The notes under the pieces are model-generated. The model ran no database searches and was not told where the DNA came from. It was given only the letters and a program-made list of their open reading frames with translations. A stretch of 64,000 bases of DNA. It comes from a virus. The stretch lies in the IMG/VR virus record IMGVR_UViG_3300045988_133395. One strand, written 5' to 3'. Position numbers and translations under genes: made by a program. Of the stretch, positions 28,789 through 38,560 are shown in pieces. Numbering within the stretch: the stretch's first letter is position 1; each line of letters begins with the position of its first letter.

Positions 28789-31380
28789 TTAAAAAACATC
28801 TTCTCCTTGGTATCTATCACTTCTAATTTCCAAACTTCCATCTTCGTTAATTTTATCAATCTTATATAATTGATGTCCATTAGAAGAAGCATATTTCTTA
28901 GAAATGAAATCATCCCCTGACCTAATGCCCATTACTATAATCATATTTCCTCGATTGAACCAAGATTTTTCTCGAACCTTTTTAGTTCCATCCTCTTGTT
29001 TTTCAGAAATCTGTTTATCAAATAATGAGAAATATTCTTTTCTAAATTTAACATTAACTACTCCAGAAGTTGTCAATATAGTTACTGTACTTTTAGTTTT
29101 ATTTTTAGCAATACAAGTTCCACAAATTTTATTCAATTTGAATATATTAATTTGCTTTGCACCTTTTGTAAATGTCCTTTCTACAATAGGTTCTTGCGGC
29201 AGCTTATCAAAATCAACAAAACCATATCTTTGAGTATCAACATGAGATAATTCATGTTCATGGTAATAGAAACATAATGCCTGCATTTCCCAAGCTGATA
29301 AAGTTCCTTGAGCATATTTATCCCAATCATCCTTAAAGATTTTTTCATTTAAGTTCTGAAGAATTTGTTCTTTTTCTTCCGCAATCCACTCTCTGAATAC
29401 ATCCATCCATTTTTGATATACTTTGTCCCATGCTTTCATATTTAGAGAATAACCCTCTAATAAATCATCATGTTCCATTTCAATCAAAAAATTCATTGCT
29501 CTATCATCTATATGATAATTAGTTGTATCGCCTTTAATCTTACAAACAGATTTTAGATAACGATTAAATTCATAAACTCTTCTCGCCATAATCTGTTGTT
29601 CATTTTTTTCTGGAAGAAGATTATATTTAATCAAACCTCCCATGTTTTGTAATGTAATTCGTTTCTTTTTATCGCAAGTTTCCCAAATGTACCAACCCAT
29701 ACAAATCTTGCGGTCAATCATTGTATCAAATGCTCCACCTTTAATAAGTGAAATCATTGCTTGTTTATTTGGATGCACTTTTAATAAAAAGTCTTTAGGT
29801 GAAATATAAGGTCTATTTTTGATAATATCATCAATTACCGCATCACTGACATTCAATAAACCTTTCATTCCATAAAGAATCTGATTATTTTTGGCATCAG
29901 GCTTAAATCCATAATCTGAGTTATTTATATCAACAAGACTCATTTTAATTCCCGCCGATATAATTTCACCCATCGCCTTTGCGATTTTTCCATAATCAGT
30001 TGAAGCTGTTTTCTTCACAGAAATAGATTCAGATTCATCATCCTCATCAATCTCTAACTCACTATTATCTTCAAGTGAGCCGCTGTTTACAATTAAACAT
30101 GCACAATCCCAATAAATAGGATTCCAATTTGTTGCAATATATAATGTTTGAACACCAATGAAACTATAAGCCAAAGCATGAATAACACTAAATGAATAAC
30201 CCATCTGTGGACCAACTCCACATTTCCATACATACTGACCAAGCTTCTCACTTGCCGCCTGTGCCAATACTTTTTCATGCAAAGCTGGAATTTTATTCAT
30301 CTGCTTTTTACCAACAATCTTACGAGCCGCATTTGCTTCTCCAAGGCTGAAGTGACAAATCTTATCATCCATCAACATTCTCATTAACTGTTCCTGTGAA
30401 GGTGGAACTCCATAAGAACTCTTAAAGTAAGGCTCAAGAGTTTTCTGCTCTTCTTTGGTAAGACCAAATTTTGTCATTTCATCATACCATAATTGAATGT
30501 TTTGTTTAAAACGATAATATTTATCCATCGGACGTTCTTCTCCATCTTCGCCCATAAGTCTCATTAGACCATTCGCATCCGCCATTTCCAATACATTCTG
30601 AGGTTTTAATTTCTTTGCAACCTGCGCACCAACCTGAGAATCGAACTGGAAAGTATTAATAACAGATACTTTACCCAATGCATCCCAAATTTTCTGATCA
30701 TTTAAAGGTAAAACATTAGGATGAAAATATTTATCATAGACTTCCCGCAAACTTAACTCTGGCTCAATTTCATTATCCTCTTGGAGTAATTGAATAGTTT
30801 GAACCAACTTATCCTGAACCTCAGTTACAAGAAAATCATATTTTGTTAATCCCATATATTCTGCATCATGTAAGTCAAACTGAGTAGTAATCTCACCTTT
30901 TGGAGTTTTCATAAAAGCACTATGCTCAAATGGGTCATCTCCAAATAAAATTACACCAGATGCATGAGAACCTCTATGGTTTACAAGACCTTCAATAGCT
31001 ACAATAATATCCAATAAACCTGGATATTTATTTACTTCATTTACAAATGTTTTAACAGGTTTACGACCTTTTTCTGGATTTCCATAAACAACTTCTTTAA
31101 TTGTCCATAAAAATCCTCTTTCTTCTGGAATTAATGAACTCATATACTGAGCTTCATCAACGTCAATTCCTTCTGGATAATCCTCACTTCTATAACCTCT
31201 ACAAGCTGTCTGAATTGCAGATTTGGTTCCTTCTGTACCGAATGTTGCTACAAGAGTACATCCAAGATTTTTCTTTGCCCATTCCATGATATTATCATAG
31301 AACATCTTTCCACGCTCTTCTTTAATCTTACGAAGAATCTCCGGACGTTTAGACGGGCATATGTCGATATCAATATCCAT
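28789..31380 (-). CDS. dnaE: DNA polymerase III alpha (DnaE-type, C-family) exon 2: palm/fingers/thumb part
   Basis: Starts MDIDIDICP (DnaE MPDIDIDF), NHRGSHASGVILF (GxHAAGVVI motif); true exon start may lie a few codons upstream of ATG. Confidence 0.8.
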   Translation of the reverse strand: MDIDIDICPSKRPEILRKIKEERGKMFYDNIMEWAKKNLGCTLVATFGTEGTKSAIQTACRGYRSEDYPEGIDVDEAQYMSSLIPEERGFLWTIKEVVYGNPEKGRKPVKTFVNEVNKYPGLLDIIVAIEGLVNHRGSHASGVILFGDDPFEHSAFMKTPKGEITTQFDLHDAEYMGLTKYDFLVTEVQDKLVQTIQLLQEDNEIEPELSLREVYDKYFHPNVLPLNDQKIWDALGKVSVINTFQFDSQVGAQVAKKLKPQNVLEMADANGLMRLMGEDGEERPMDKYYRFKQNIQLWYDEMTKFGLTKEEQKTLEPYFKSSYGVPPSQEQLMRMLMDDKICHFSLGEANAARKIVGKKQMNKIPALHEKVLAQAASEKLGQYVWKCGVGPQMGYSFSVIHALAYSFIGVQTLYIATNWNPIYWDCACLIVNSGSLEDNSELEIDEDDESESISVKKTASTDYGKIAKAMGEIISAGIKMSLVDINNSDYGFKPDAKNNQILYGMKGLLNVSDAVIDDIIKNRPYISPKDFLLKVHPNKQAMISLIKGGAFDTMIDRKICMGWYIWETCDKKKRITLQNMGGLIKYNLLPEKNEQQIMARRVYEFNRYLKSVCKIKGDTTNYHIDDRAMNFLIEMEHDDLLEGYSLNMKAWDKVYQKWMDVFREWIAEEKEQILQNLNEKIFKDDWDKYAQGTLSAWEMQALCFYYHEHELSHVDTQRYGFVDFDKLPQEPIVERTFTKGAKQINIFKLNKICGTCIAKNKTKSTVTILTTSGVVNVKFRKEYFSLFDKQISEKQEDGTKKVREKSWFNRGNMIIVMGIRSGDDFISKKYASSNGHQLYKIDKINEDGSLEIRSDRYQGEDVF

Positions 31381-31395
31381 TATATACTTTAAAAG

Positions 31396-32550
31396 TATTG
31401 GACTATCTCTTTCACAATAATTTACTGAGAATATTTTACTTCAATTATTGCTAAAACGCGCTACGGAATAGTGCTTATTCTCTATTCCTCTTGAGAATAT
31501 AAAATATTTAATTCTCATTTAGTCTCTACACTCCAAAAATAACCTTTATATATCGTATGCTCCTTAATAGCTTTATTTAATCCTACATGTCCTTTTAATC
31601 CTAAAAAATCTAATGCGGCTGTTTTTGCATTAAAAACTCGAATTAAATTATTATTTTCATCATACATATAGATTTTTTTGCCATTAATTGCATTATTTTT
31701 ACTTTTTCCATACATGCCATTTTTTTCTCCAGAATTTAATCCTTTACTATGTTCAGACATTAGCCGTTTTGACTCTTCTGTATGATGTTTACCATACATA
31801 CCATTCTTTTTTCCACTAACTGCCTTAGACATATTTTTTTTATATTCTGTTGTTTGCATATATGAAGTGTCTCTATTTTGTCTTATTTTATTTTTTGTTT
31901 CTTCTGTTAAATGAACACCATATCGAGGATTTTTATCTCCTTTTCTCTGTTCACTTAATTTTTTAGAATAAGCGGTTTTTTGTTCTAAAGACCATCCAGC
32001 GATTGTATTACCACCATTACCGCCTTCATGAATATTATAAAAGTTTTTATCTTCCACTGCATTATAAACATTTATAAATTCTTTTTCTTTTTGAGAATTT
32101 TCTTCTTCGTTTTTAGAAATATATAATATTTCTCTTTTAAAATTCTCTTTACCATATTTTTTAACCGCTTGTTTTAATAAAAGTCCACTTCCTAAGTAAC
32201 TATCATTTAATTCTCCATGGTGTTTACCTATATATTTATGTCCATTTATTAAATTTGTTGTCATATAAATAAAATATTCCATATCATTACCACCTTTCAT
32301 ATTTTATATAATAAAGGCGATATTGACTTTGACAAACATTGACCAAGATATTTTGTTATTTTTAAAGCACGGTATTACAAAGTCCAACCATTTCTGGCCA
32401 CTCGCTCTCTTAGTCAGCTGATTCGTGTATTAATTAAACATACCTTATTTTGCTGATACCGTTAGCACTGTTTTTTATAACAGCACACCCTTTAGCAAGG
32501 TTCACGTTTTTTATTTACAACTCGGCAATATCAATATCAGACTACCGAGT
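31396..32550 (-). mobile_element. putative group I intron in dnaE carrying GIY-YIG homing endonuclease (approximate boundaries)
   Basis: PHP-domain ORF reads ...FRYLNEERI then 14 nonsense codons and stops; downstream ORF resumes exactly at conserved MDIDID; intervening region structured/GC-richer and holds free-standing HEG. Confidence 0.55.
31515..32300 (-). CDS. GIY-YIG homing endonuclease with NUMOD3-like repeats (I-TevI-like)
   Basis: YFIYMTTNLINGHKYIGKH GIY-YIG core; three repeats G(D/K/E)KN(P/G)(R/M)YG(V/K)H downstream. Confidence 0.8.
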   Translation of the reverse strand: MKGGNDMEYFIYMTTNLINGHKYIGKHHGELNDSYLGSGLLLKQAVKKYGKENFKREILYISKNEEENSQKEKEFINVYNAVEDKNFYNIHEGGNGGNTIAGWSLEQKTAYSKKLSEQRKGDKNPRYGVHLTEETKNKIRQNRDTSYMQTTEYKKNMSKAVSGKKNGMYGKHHTEESKRLMSEHSKGLNSGEKNGMYGKSKNNAINGKKIYMYDENNNLIRVFNAKTAALDFLGLKGHVGLNKAIKEHTIYKGYFWSVETK

Positions 32551-33881
32551 TCGATTCTCTCTTCGTTGAGGTAACGGAAGAAAGGTAAATCCCATTCGAT
32601 TGGGTCCAACTGAGTAATTCCCATAAGGTAATGATTAAGTGCGGCACAACTGGAACCACGACCAGCACCTACCATTGAACCGCAATCCCAAATCATATCA
32701 ATGTAATGTTGAAGTGTATTTGGATAACGGAACATATTTGTTTCAAGTTTTTCACTAATGATACTTTTAACTCGTGCTTCTTCCTCAAGCTCATCAAGAT
32801 AACGTCTATCATTAATTTTTTCAAGTTTTTCAAGCTGATTTAAACACTCATTTACCCAATAACGATTCTGAATATCATCATCCATTAACATTGCAGATAA
32901 ATGTGGATATTGTTTAAATCCTCTTACTTTTGGATAATCTTTAACTTCTACAGATGGAATATCCTGCTTATGAAAAAGACTATAATATTCAATTTTATTT
33001 TGTAAATCTAAAGTGTTTTCAAAAATTACATCTACATATCCATCTGGGAAACATGGAGATAATAACTCTTCTACTTCATCGCTATCCATAAGTCTGGCAA
33101 ATTCATAAAAGTCATCAACTTCACGCTCTCCACCTTTTGAATTAAGATATGCTTTATGAACCATTCTATCTTCTTTTGTTAAATAATGAGAGTCAGTTCC
33201 AACAACCATTTTAACATTATATGCAGTTGCAATTTTAAACAACTGAGAATTTACAGTCATTTGGTCTTCCTTATTAGATGGAGCACATTCAATATAAAAA
33301 TCATCTCCAAATAAATCCAGAACAAAATCCATAAAATCTTGAATCTTTTTCTGAAATTCCATTGCCATCTTTTGGTCATTTACCTTTAACGCTTCTGCAT
33401 ATAATAAAGACCATGAAGATAATTCTCCACCAATACATGCACTTGTTGCAATTAAATGACCTTTATAATGTTTTACAATTTCAGTTAATTCATCTTTTAA
33501 AGTCGGAACTCTTTCCATACCTCTATCCATATATGAATAATACCAAGCTGTAGAACTTAACTCTCTTAACGCTTTATGACCGATTGCATCTTTAGCAATC
33601 AAAATAAAGTGATAATATTTCTGACCATGATTTCTTGTATCAGTTAAATAAATCTCATTTCCTAACCCAATCACAAAATCAGGATTTGTTTCTCTTAACT
33701 CCGTTGCAATTTTATTTATTTCAACGTGCGCACAAAGGGCTTCATGGTCAGTTATACAGATACCACTAAGTCCTAATTCGATTGCTTTATTGATTAAATC
33801 TTTTGGGTGATTGGTTGAATCCAAAAGACGTAAGTTTGAATACTCTGTATGGTTATGACAATTAAACCACTTTTTGCTCAT
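32511..33881 (-). CDS. dnaE: DNA polymerase III alpha exon 1: PHP domain (last ~14 codons are intron read-through)
   Basis: FNCHNHTEYSNLRLLDS (PHP HxH...D), ITDH, conserved YLNEER before junction. Confidence 0.8.
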   Translation of the reverse strand: MSKKWFNCHNHTEYSNLRLLDSTNHPKDLINKAIELGLSGICITDHEALCAHVEINKIATELRETNPDFVIGLGNEIYLTDTRNHGQKYYHFILIAKDAIGHKALRELSSTAWYYSYMDRGMERVPTLKDELTEIVKHYKGHLIATSACIGGELSSWSLLYAEALKVNDQKMAMEFQKKIQDFMDFVLDLFGDDFYIECAPSNKEDQMTVNSQLFKIATAYNVKMVVGTDSHYLTKEDRMVHKAYLNSKGGEREVDDFYEFARLMDSDEVEELLSPCFPDGYVDVIFENTLDLQNKIEYYSLFHKQDIPSVEVKDYPKVRGFKQYPHLSAMLMDDDIQNRYWVNECLNQLEKLEKINDRRYLDELEEEARVKSIISEKLETNMFRYPNTLQHYIDMIWDCGSMVGAGRGSSCAALNHYLMGITQLDPIEWDLPFFRYLNEERIELGSLILILPSCK

Positions 33882-33929
33882 TTATTATCTTCCTCTATCT
33901 ATACTATTCTCAATTATATAAATATTATA

Positions 33930-34571
33930 TCATATTTTTTCAATACTGTCAAAAGGATATTCTTTTCCTGTGATTTCACTACAGATAGTATTCCATGAAT
34001 AAAACAATGGTTGATAAACTGGTGGAATCCATTCAAAAGAAGAACAAATAATTAAAACATCTGGAGCATTTTTGTCATCTTCTAAATTAAAGTCCTTTAA
34101 GATATAATCTTCTGTAACATATCTTGCGGCCTCGTTTGGATAAGGGTCAGAATTTTCATTGTGAATCCAATAAAAAGTATCAACCATTTTCTTATCTCTT
34201 GCATATTTAACCCAATTACTTAAATCATATTTAAACATTGGACGCATCCAGTCCGCAGACTCCATATCATATCCTAAGTCATGATGATGGTCAATATTAT
34301 ATAAATCAATCTGCTCATCATGAGGAATCGTTTTAAGAATATCAATCACTTTATCATGGCTATTTACAAAATAAATCTCTTGATTTTGCTTTGCCGCACG
34401 TACAATATAGCGAGTTAGATAATCATAAATATATAAATTGGCGGGAATATTTGTAAGAAATGAAAATTTATCTACATAATCTTTCATTGGGTCTTCAATA
34501 TCCACCATATTATTATAAAAACTAATACTTGGTTCCATAATAATATCAAAATCTATTGTAACTACATTCAT
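33930..34571 (-). CDS. hypothetical protein
   Basis: 213-aa ORF. Confidence 0.4.
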   Translation of the reverse strand: MNVVTIDFDIIMEPSISFYNNMVDIEDPMKDYVDKFSFLTNIPANLYIYDYLTRYIVRAAKQNQEIYFVNSHDKVIDILKTIPHDEQIDLYNIDHHHDLGYDMESADWMRPMFKYDLSNWVKYARDKKMVDTFYWIHNENSDPYPNEAARYVTEDYILKDFNLEDDKNAPDVLIICSSFEWIPPVYQPLFYSWNTICSEITGKEYPFDSIEKI

Positions 34572-34572
34572 A

Positions 34573-35754
34573 TTATTTTCTCCTTACAATCACTTTTTCA
34601 GATGCTCTGGTTATTGCAGTATAAAGCCATCTTGCATGTTCCAACCTTACTCTTGGAAATGGCTCTTCAAGAACTAAAACATTATCCCATTCAGAACCTT
34701 GAGCCTTATGTCCCGTAATTCCATATCCATAAGTAAAAAATTTTGGAACTAAATCTCCAACTCTTTCACGATGCTTACCAATTTTATAAATATCTCTATT
34801 ATCAAGACATCTTGCTCCATGAGTAAGCATAGTTTTATCCAGATATAAATCTTTATAAATATCTCCTTCATCAGTCTCTATATCACATTGAATAGCTTGT
34901 ACTGATGGGACAGAAGCTCCAATCCAATATGGGAAATAAATAAATCTATTTTTAGGGTTTTTTAAATAGCCAATGGTACCATTAACCAAGGCATTATGGT
35001 CATCACTAATATCTTCCCAATAATTTTGTCTACAAAGAATTTTATCTCCATCTTCTGGAAGCGGGCCTCTTCCCAATAGATTTCTCGCATAAGTATTAAC
35101 TTCTTCAACCGCGGCATTAGTTCCACAAATAATTTGATCAGCCCAAAGAACCATACCAGCTTCATAATCTTTTTGGTCAATTACTTGAACATTTTTTCCT
35201 TTAAATAACTCTAAAGGTTTCATTTCTCGAATGTCAATGCTAAGTCTAATAATTTCAGAATCTGCGGCCTGCCGCATAATTTCATCTAAAAAGATATGAG
35301 GGTTATCAAGTAAGTGATTATCTTGGTCTTTCTCTATTGGAGGAATCTGAAATGGGTCGCCTAAACAAATAACATACACTTTATGTTTAAAAAGCTGTTG
35401 CATCATGCTTACTGGCACCATTGAAATCTCATCCACCACAATAATGCTATATTCAATAGTAGATTTTGGCTTTCTAAAAAAACCTCCACCTGGTCTTGGG
35501 ATATGCTCATAAAGTAATTTATGTAAAGTGCAAGCATTCTTATTTCCCTTTTTACGAAGAACTTCTGCTGCCTTACCGGTAAAAGTAGCATATGCCACTT
35601 TACTCGGATCGACATCAAGGGCTTCGATGATGAACTTCACAAGTGTGGACTTACCAGTACCTGCGTAGCCAGAAATCACGGTATATTTTTCATTATTATG
35701 AAATCTTTCAACTGCAATTTTCAATCCTTCTTCTTGTTTTTTAGTTAATTCCAT
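34573..35754 (-). CDS. Dda/RecD-like SF1 DNA helicase
   Basis: Walker A GYAGTGKST, Walker B IIVVDEISMV, LGDPFQIPP motif. Confidence 0.65.
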   Translation of the reverse strand: MELTKKQEEGLKIAVERFHNNEKYTVISGYAGTGKSTLVKFIIEALDVDPSKVAYATFTGKAAEVLRKKGNKNACTLHKLLYEHIPRPGGGFFRKPKSTIEYSIIVVDEISMVPVSMMQQLFKHKVYVICLGDPFQIPPIEKDQDNHLLDNPHIFLDEIMRQAADSEIIRLSIDIREMKPLELFKGKNVQVIDQKDYEAGMVLWADQIICGTNAAVEEVNTYARNLLGRGPLPEDGDKILCRQNYWEDISDDHNALVNGTIGYLKNPKNRFIYFPYWIGASVPSVQAIQCDIETDEGDIYKDLYLDKTMLTHGARCLDNRDIYKIGKHRERVGDLVPKFFTYGYGITGHKAQGSEWDNVLVLEEPFPRVRLEHARWLYTAITRASEKVIVRRK

Positions 35755-36004
35755 TTATTTCATTACTCTCTTTCATATACATTAATCTGATCATTTGCTG
35801 TTTAAATGGCGTTGGAATCCTATGATAACGCCAATATAAACATACTCGCTCTTTTTTAAATCCCATTATCTTAAAATTTCCATTCCATAAATATGAACTT
35901 TTCATATATGTTTTCATAGAAATTGAAAATATATCGCTTTTAGTTAATTTAAAAGCTCTAATTGAGTTATTATTTGTTTGATCGAAGTGGGTGGTCTTCT
36001 GCAT
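35741..36004 (-). CDS. hypothetical protein
   Basis: 87-aa ORF. Confidence 0.3.
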   Translation of the reverse strand: MQKTTHFDQTNNNSIRAFKLTKSDIFSISMKTYMKSSYLWNGNFKIMGFKKERVCLYWRYHRIPTPFKQQMIRLMYMKESNEINGIN

Positions 36005-36275
36005 GGGCTTCTAATATCTCCTCTAATACGTTATAAAAATGCATACACTGACCATCTTCCCAAGTTTTACGGGAAAAATGTCTACCTTCTTTTAATGCTT
36101 CTCTTTCTTTATATTCACCAAGCTCTTTGATAGCCATAGCATATCGAAAATATAAACTATCAAAAGCAAAATTAATTCTTTCAAGTAAAATTTTATTTAA
36201 CTGGTCTTTATTGATTACTGTTACATCTAATTTATTTTTTAATTCTTCAGCTTCTCTTATCATAATATATACCAT
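35970..36275 (-). CDS. hypothetical protein
   Basis: 101-aa ORF. Confidence 0.35.
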   Translation of the reverse strand: MVYIMIREAEELKNKLDVTVINKDQLNKILLERINFAFDSLYFRYAMAIKELGEYKEREALKEGRHFSRKTWEDGQCMHFYNVLEEILEAHAEDHPLRSNK

Positions 36276-36404
36276 CCCTTTTGATTATATAAATAAAAAA
36301 TCAATATAAGGCATTTTTGGTGAAAAATTTCTAAGACCACTTTTTATTTTGGATTACGGTTGTTAGGACCCATCACCGCCGGAAGACCTGCTATTCTCGC
36401 ATAT

Positions 36405-36440
36405 GGGTACAAAAATATGGCGTACATTATATACGCCATA
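36405..36440 (-). terminator. rho-independent terminator
   Basis: atatggcgta...tacgccatat hairpin followed by ATTTTTGT on minus strand. Confidence 0.5.
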
Positions 36441-36445
36441 TAATT

Positions 36446-38239
36446 TTAAAAATAATATTTAGTCTCTCCTGTAATTTCATAATCACTAACTTTAATCTGA
36501 GGAGTTATACGACCATTCCATTCATTAATTGCACAAGTTCCTATAACTGTAATATTTTTACTACCAGTAGCATTAGTAGGAAGTAATGAATCAAATTCTT
36601 CATCAGTAATTCTAAACTTAATTAAGCTTGTTCCATTAGGTAAAGTGATTTTAAATGAAGGACATCTGCCGCCTTTTCCCATATAAGATAAATTATCTTT
36701 AGTTACTTTGATATTCTTAATTACAACAATTGGTTCCGCAAGCTCTTGTCCCCAAATAGTATTTAATTCAGCTAAATCAATAATATCATTTGCTTTAAAG
36801 TCATTTGCATCCCAGATAAAATCAACTTTCTGACATGGTGTAAATGAACATTCCTTTAAAGCTTCATTTGAATATTGAATAAAATCACTAAACTTTTCTT
36901 CTGGAATAGCTGCACCAAATGCATTAGGATGACCCTCTGCAAGACTGGCATAACCACTATCTCGAATAAATGTTCTTAAATCATTAAAATTAGAAGTTTC
37001 ATAACTTCTGCCAGAACCTTCTAAACTAATACTACCATCCTCTTGAGGATGTTCCATAAGAATAAGAAATGGATGATTATATTTAGCCATTAACTGATTT
37101 GCAATAAGTCCAGTTAAATTTTTATTTATTGCTCCAGCAGCAAGCTTAACCGCAATAATTTTATTTTCTTCAAGAGACTTATCCTTTATAATTCCTTCAA
37201 TCGTTTGAAGACTTGCATCAATAGCTTTAGATTGATTACGTTTAATATTTGTACAATTGCGGCAAGCCTGCTCTACACGAGTTTCAAACTGACCTTTACA
37301 TCCTCTTTTAGTAGAAGGAATTTGGTCATAAGCTTTAAAATCTAACATAGATTCAAAAAGCATAAGTTTTTCATTTGCAGAACCCATACGAATAGTTCCA
37401 TTTATTTGCGGTGCGATATAAAAACTAACTGCAAATGGACACAATCCTCCTGCTCTGCTAATGGAATAATCTTGTACCTTTACCATCTCTTTAAAGAATG
37501 GGTTTTCAACAGATGCTAAACCAAGATTAATAATTTCTCTTGTTTCAAAATCTCTAATATCCATCATATCAGCAATTATTCCAAGTGCCGCCAAATCAAG
37601 ATAGTAACTTGCCCAATCTGTTCCCATAATTGAATCAAAATAAGAACAAAACTTATAAACCATACCTACACCAGATAAAGATTTAGTTGGATAATCACAT
37701 AATTGATTATTTATTATACATGCATCTTCTGAAACTTTTTCAGCCTCATGGTGGTCAATAACCAATACATCAATTCCGAGTTCTTTAAGTTTTTTATGTA
37801 CTTCATAATTATTACTTGACGAATCTGGTGCAATAATTAGTTTATAATCTTCATTTATAAAATCTGGAATAAACTCTTCATAAAGTCCATGTTGTTTACC
37901 AGAATGTAATCCATATGAAATTTTTGTCTGAGTATATCCTGGAAATAATCGGTTTAAATAGTTAATAAGGAATGCCGCAGATGTGAAACCATCACAGTCA
38001 CTATCTACTTGAATATAAATCTTATCCTGTTGGCTAATATGTTTTGCCAACATTCTTACTCCTTCATCTATATTCATAATTAAACCAGGGTCTAAAATAT
38101 CTTCTTTAGTTGTATTAAGATAATGAGGAATGTCTTTTGGGTCTACTCCTCGTATTGCAAATACCCGCTCTACCACTGTATATTCATTTTTAATTGGGAG
38201 CAATGGCGTTTTAAGTTGATAATCCATATTTGATTTCAA
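36446..38239 (-). CDS. RecJ-like DHH-family ssDNA exonuclease
   Basis: DHH motifs IQVDSDCDGFTSAA, IDHH, DHHA1-like GHPNAFGA. Confidence 0.6.
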   Translation of the reverse strand: MKSNMDYQLKTPLLPIKNEYTVVERVFAIRGVDPKDIPHYLNTTKEDILDPGLIMNIDEGVRMLAKHISQQDKIYIQVDSDCDGFTSAAFLINYLNRLFPGYTQTKISYGLHSGKQHGLYEEFIPDFINEDYKLIIAPDSSSNNYEVHKKLKELGIDVLVIDHHEAEKVSEDACIINNQLCDYPTKSLSGVGMVYKFCSYFDSIMGTDWASYYLDLAALGIIADMMDIRDFETREIINLGLASVENPFFKEMVKVQDYSISRAGGLCPFAVSFYIAPQINGTIRMGSANEKLMLFESMLDFKAYDQIPSTKRGCKGQFETRVEQACRNCTNIKRNQSKAIDASLQTIEGIIKDKSLEENKIIAVKLAAGAINKNLTGLIANQLMAKYNHPFLILMEHPQEDGSISLEGSGRSYETSNFNDLRTFIRDSGYASLAEGHPNAFGAAIPEEKFSDFIQYSNEALKECSFTPCQKVDFIWDANDFKANDIIDLAELNTIWGQELAEPIVVIKNIKVTKDNLSYMGKGGRCPSFKITLPNGTSLIKFRITDEEFDSLLPTNATGSKNITVIGTCAINEWNGRITPQIKVSDYEITGETKYYF

Positions 38240-38257
38240 CCTCCTTTCATTTGTCCA

Positions 38258-38560
38258 TCACACTCCCTTATCATCAAAATTAATTTTATTCACTGAACTA
38301 ACTTCTTTTCCATATCCAGCTTTTTCTTCAAGGGATTTTTTCATTTCATTTAACATACCTACAAATTCATTAAACTCCCAATAATCTTGAAAAGTAAAAC
38401 TAATCATATTTGCATCAATAATATCTAATACTTCCCTATGCGCCCGAGAAAATTTACATCTGGCGCCATATTTATCTCCATGAATAGGCACTTCTATACT
38501 AAAGCCAGCATAGTCTCTTAATGGATATTTGTTAGGATTAAAAGGTTCATCTACTATCAT
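38258..38560 (-). CDS. hypothetical protein
   Basis: 100-aa ORF. Confidence 0.4.
   Translation of the reverse strand: MIVDEPFNPNKYPLRDYAGFSIEVPIHGDKYGARCKFSRAHREVLDIIDANMISFTFQDYWEFNEFVGMLNEMKKSLEEKAGYGKEVSSVNKINFDDKGV

Noticed and set aside
31381-32510. Split intein or two-subunit split DnaE instead of an intron
   Set aside because: No intein N- or C-terminal blocks flank the junction. Exon 1 reads straight into nonsense and exon 2 starts exactly at a conserved block. A free-standing HEG with its own RBS lies between, which fits a group I intron better. A non-spliced split polymerase remains a minor alternative.
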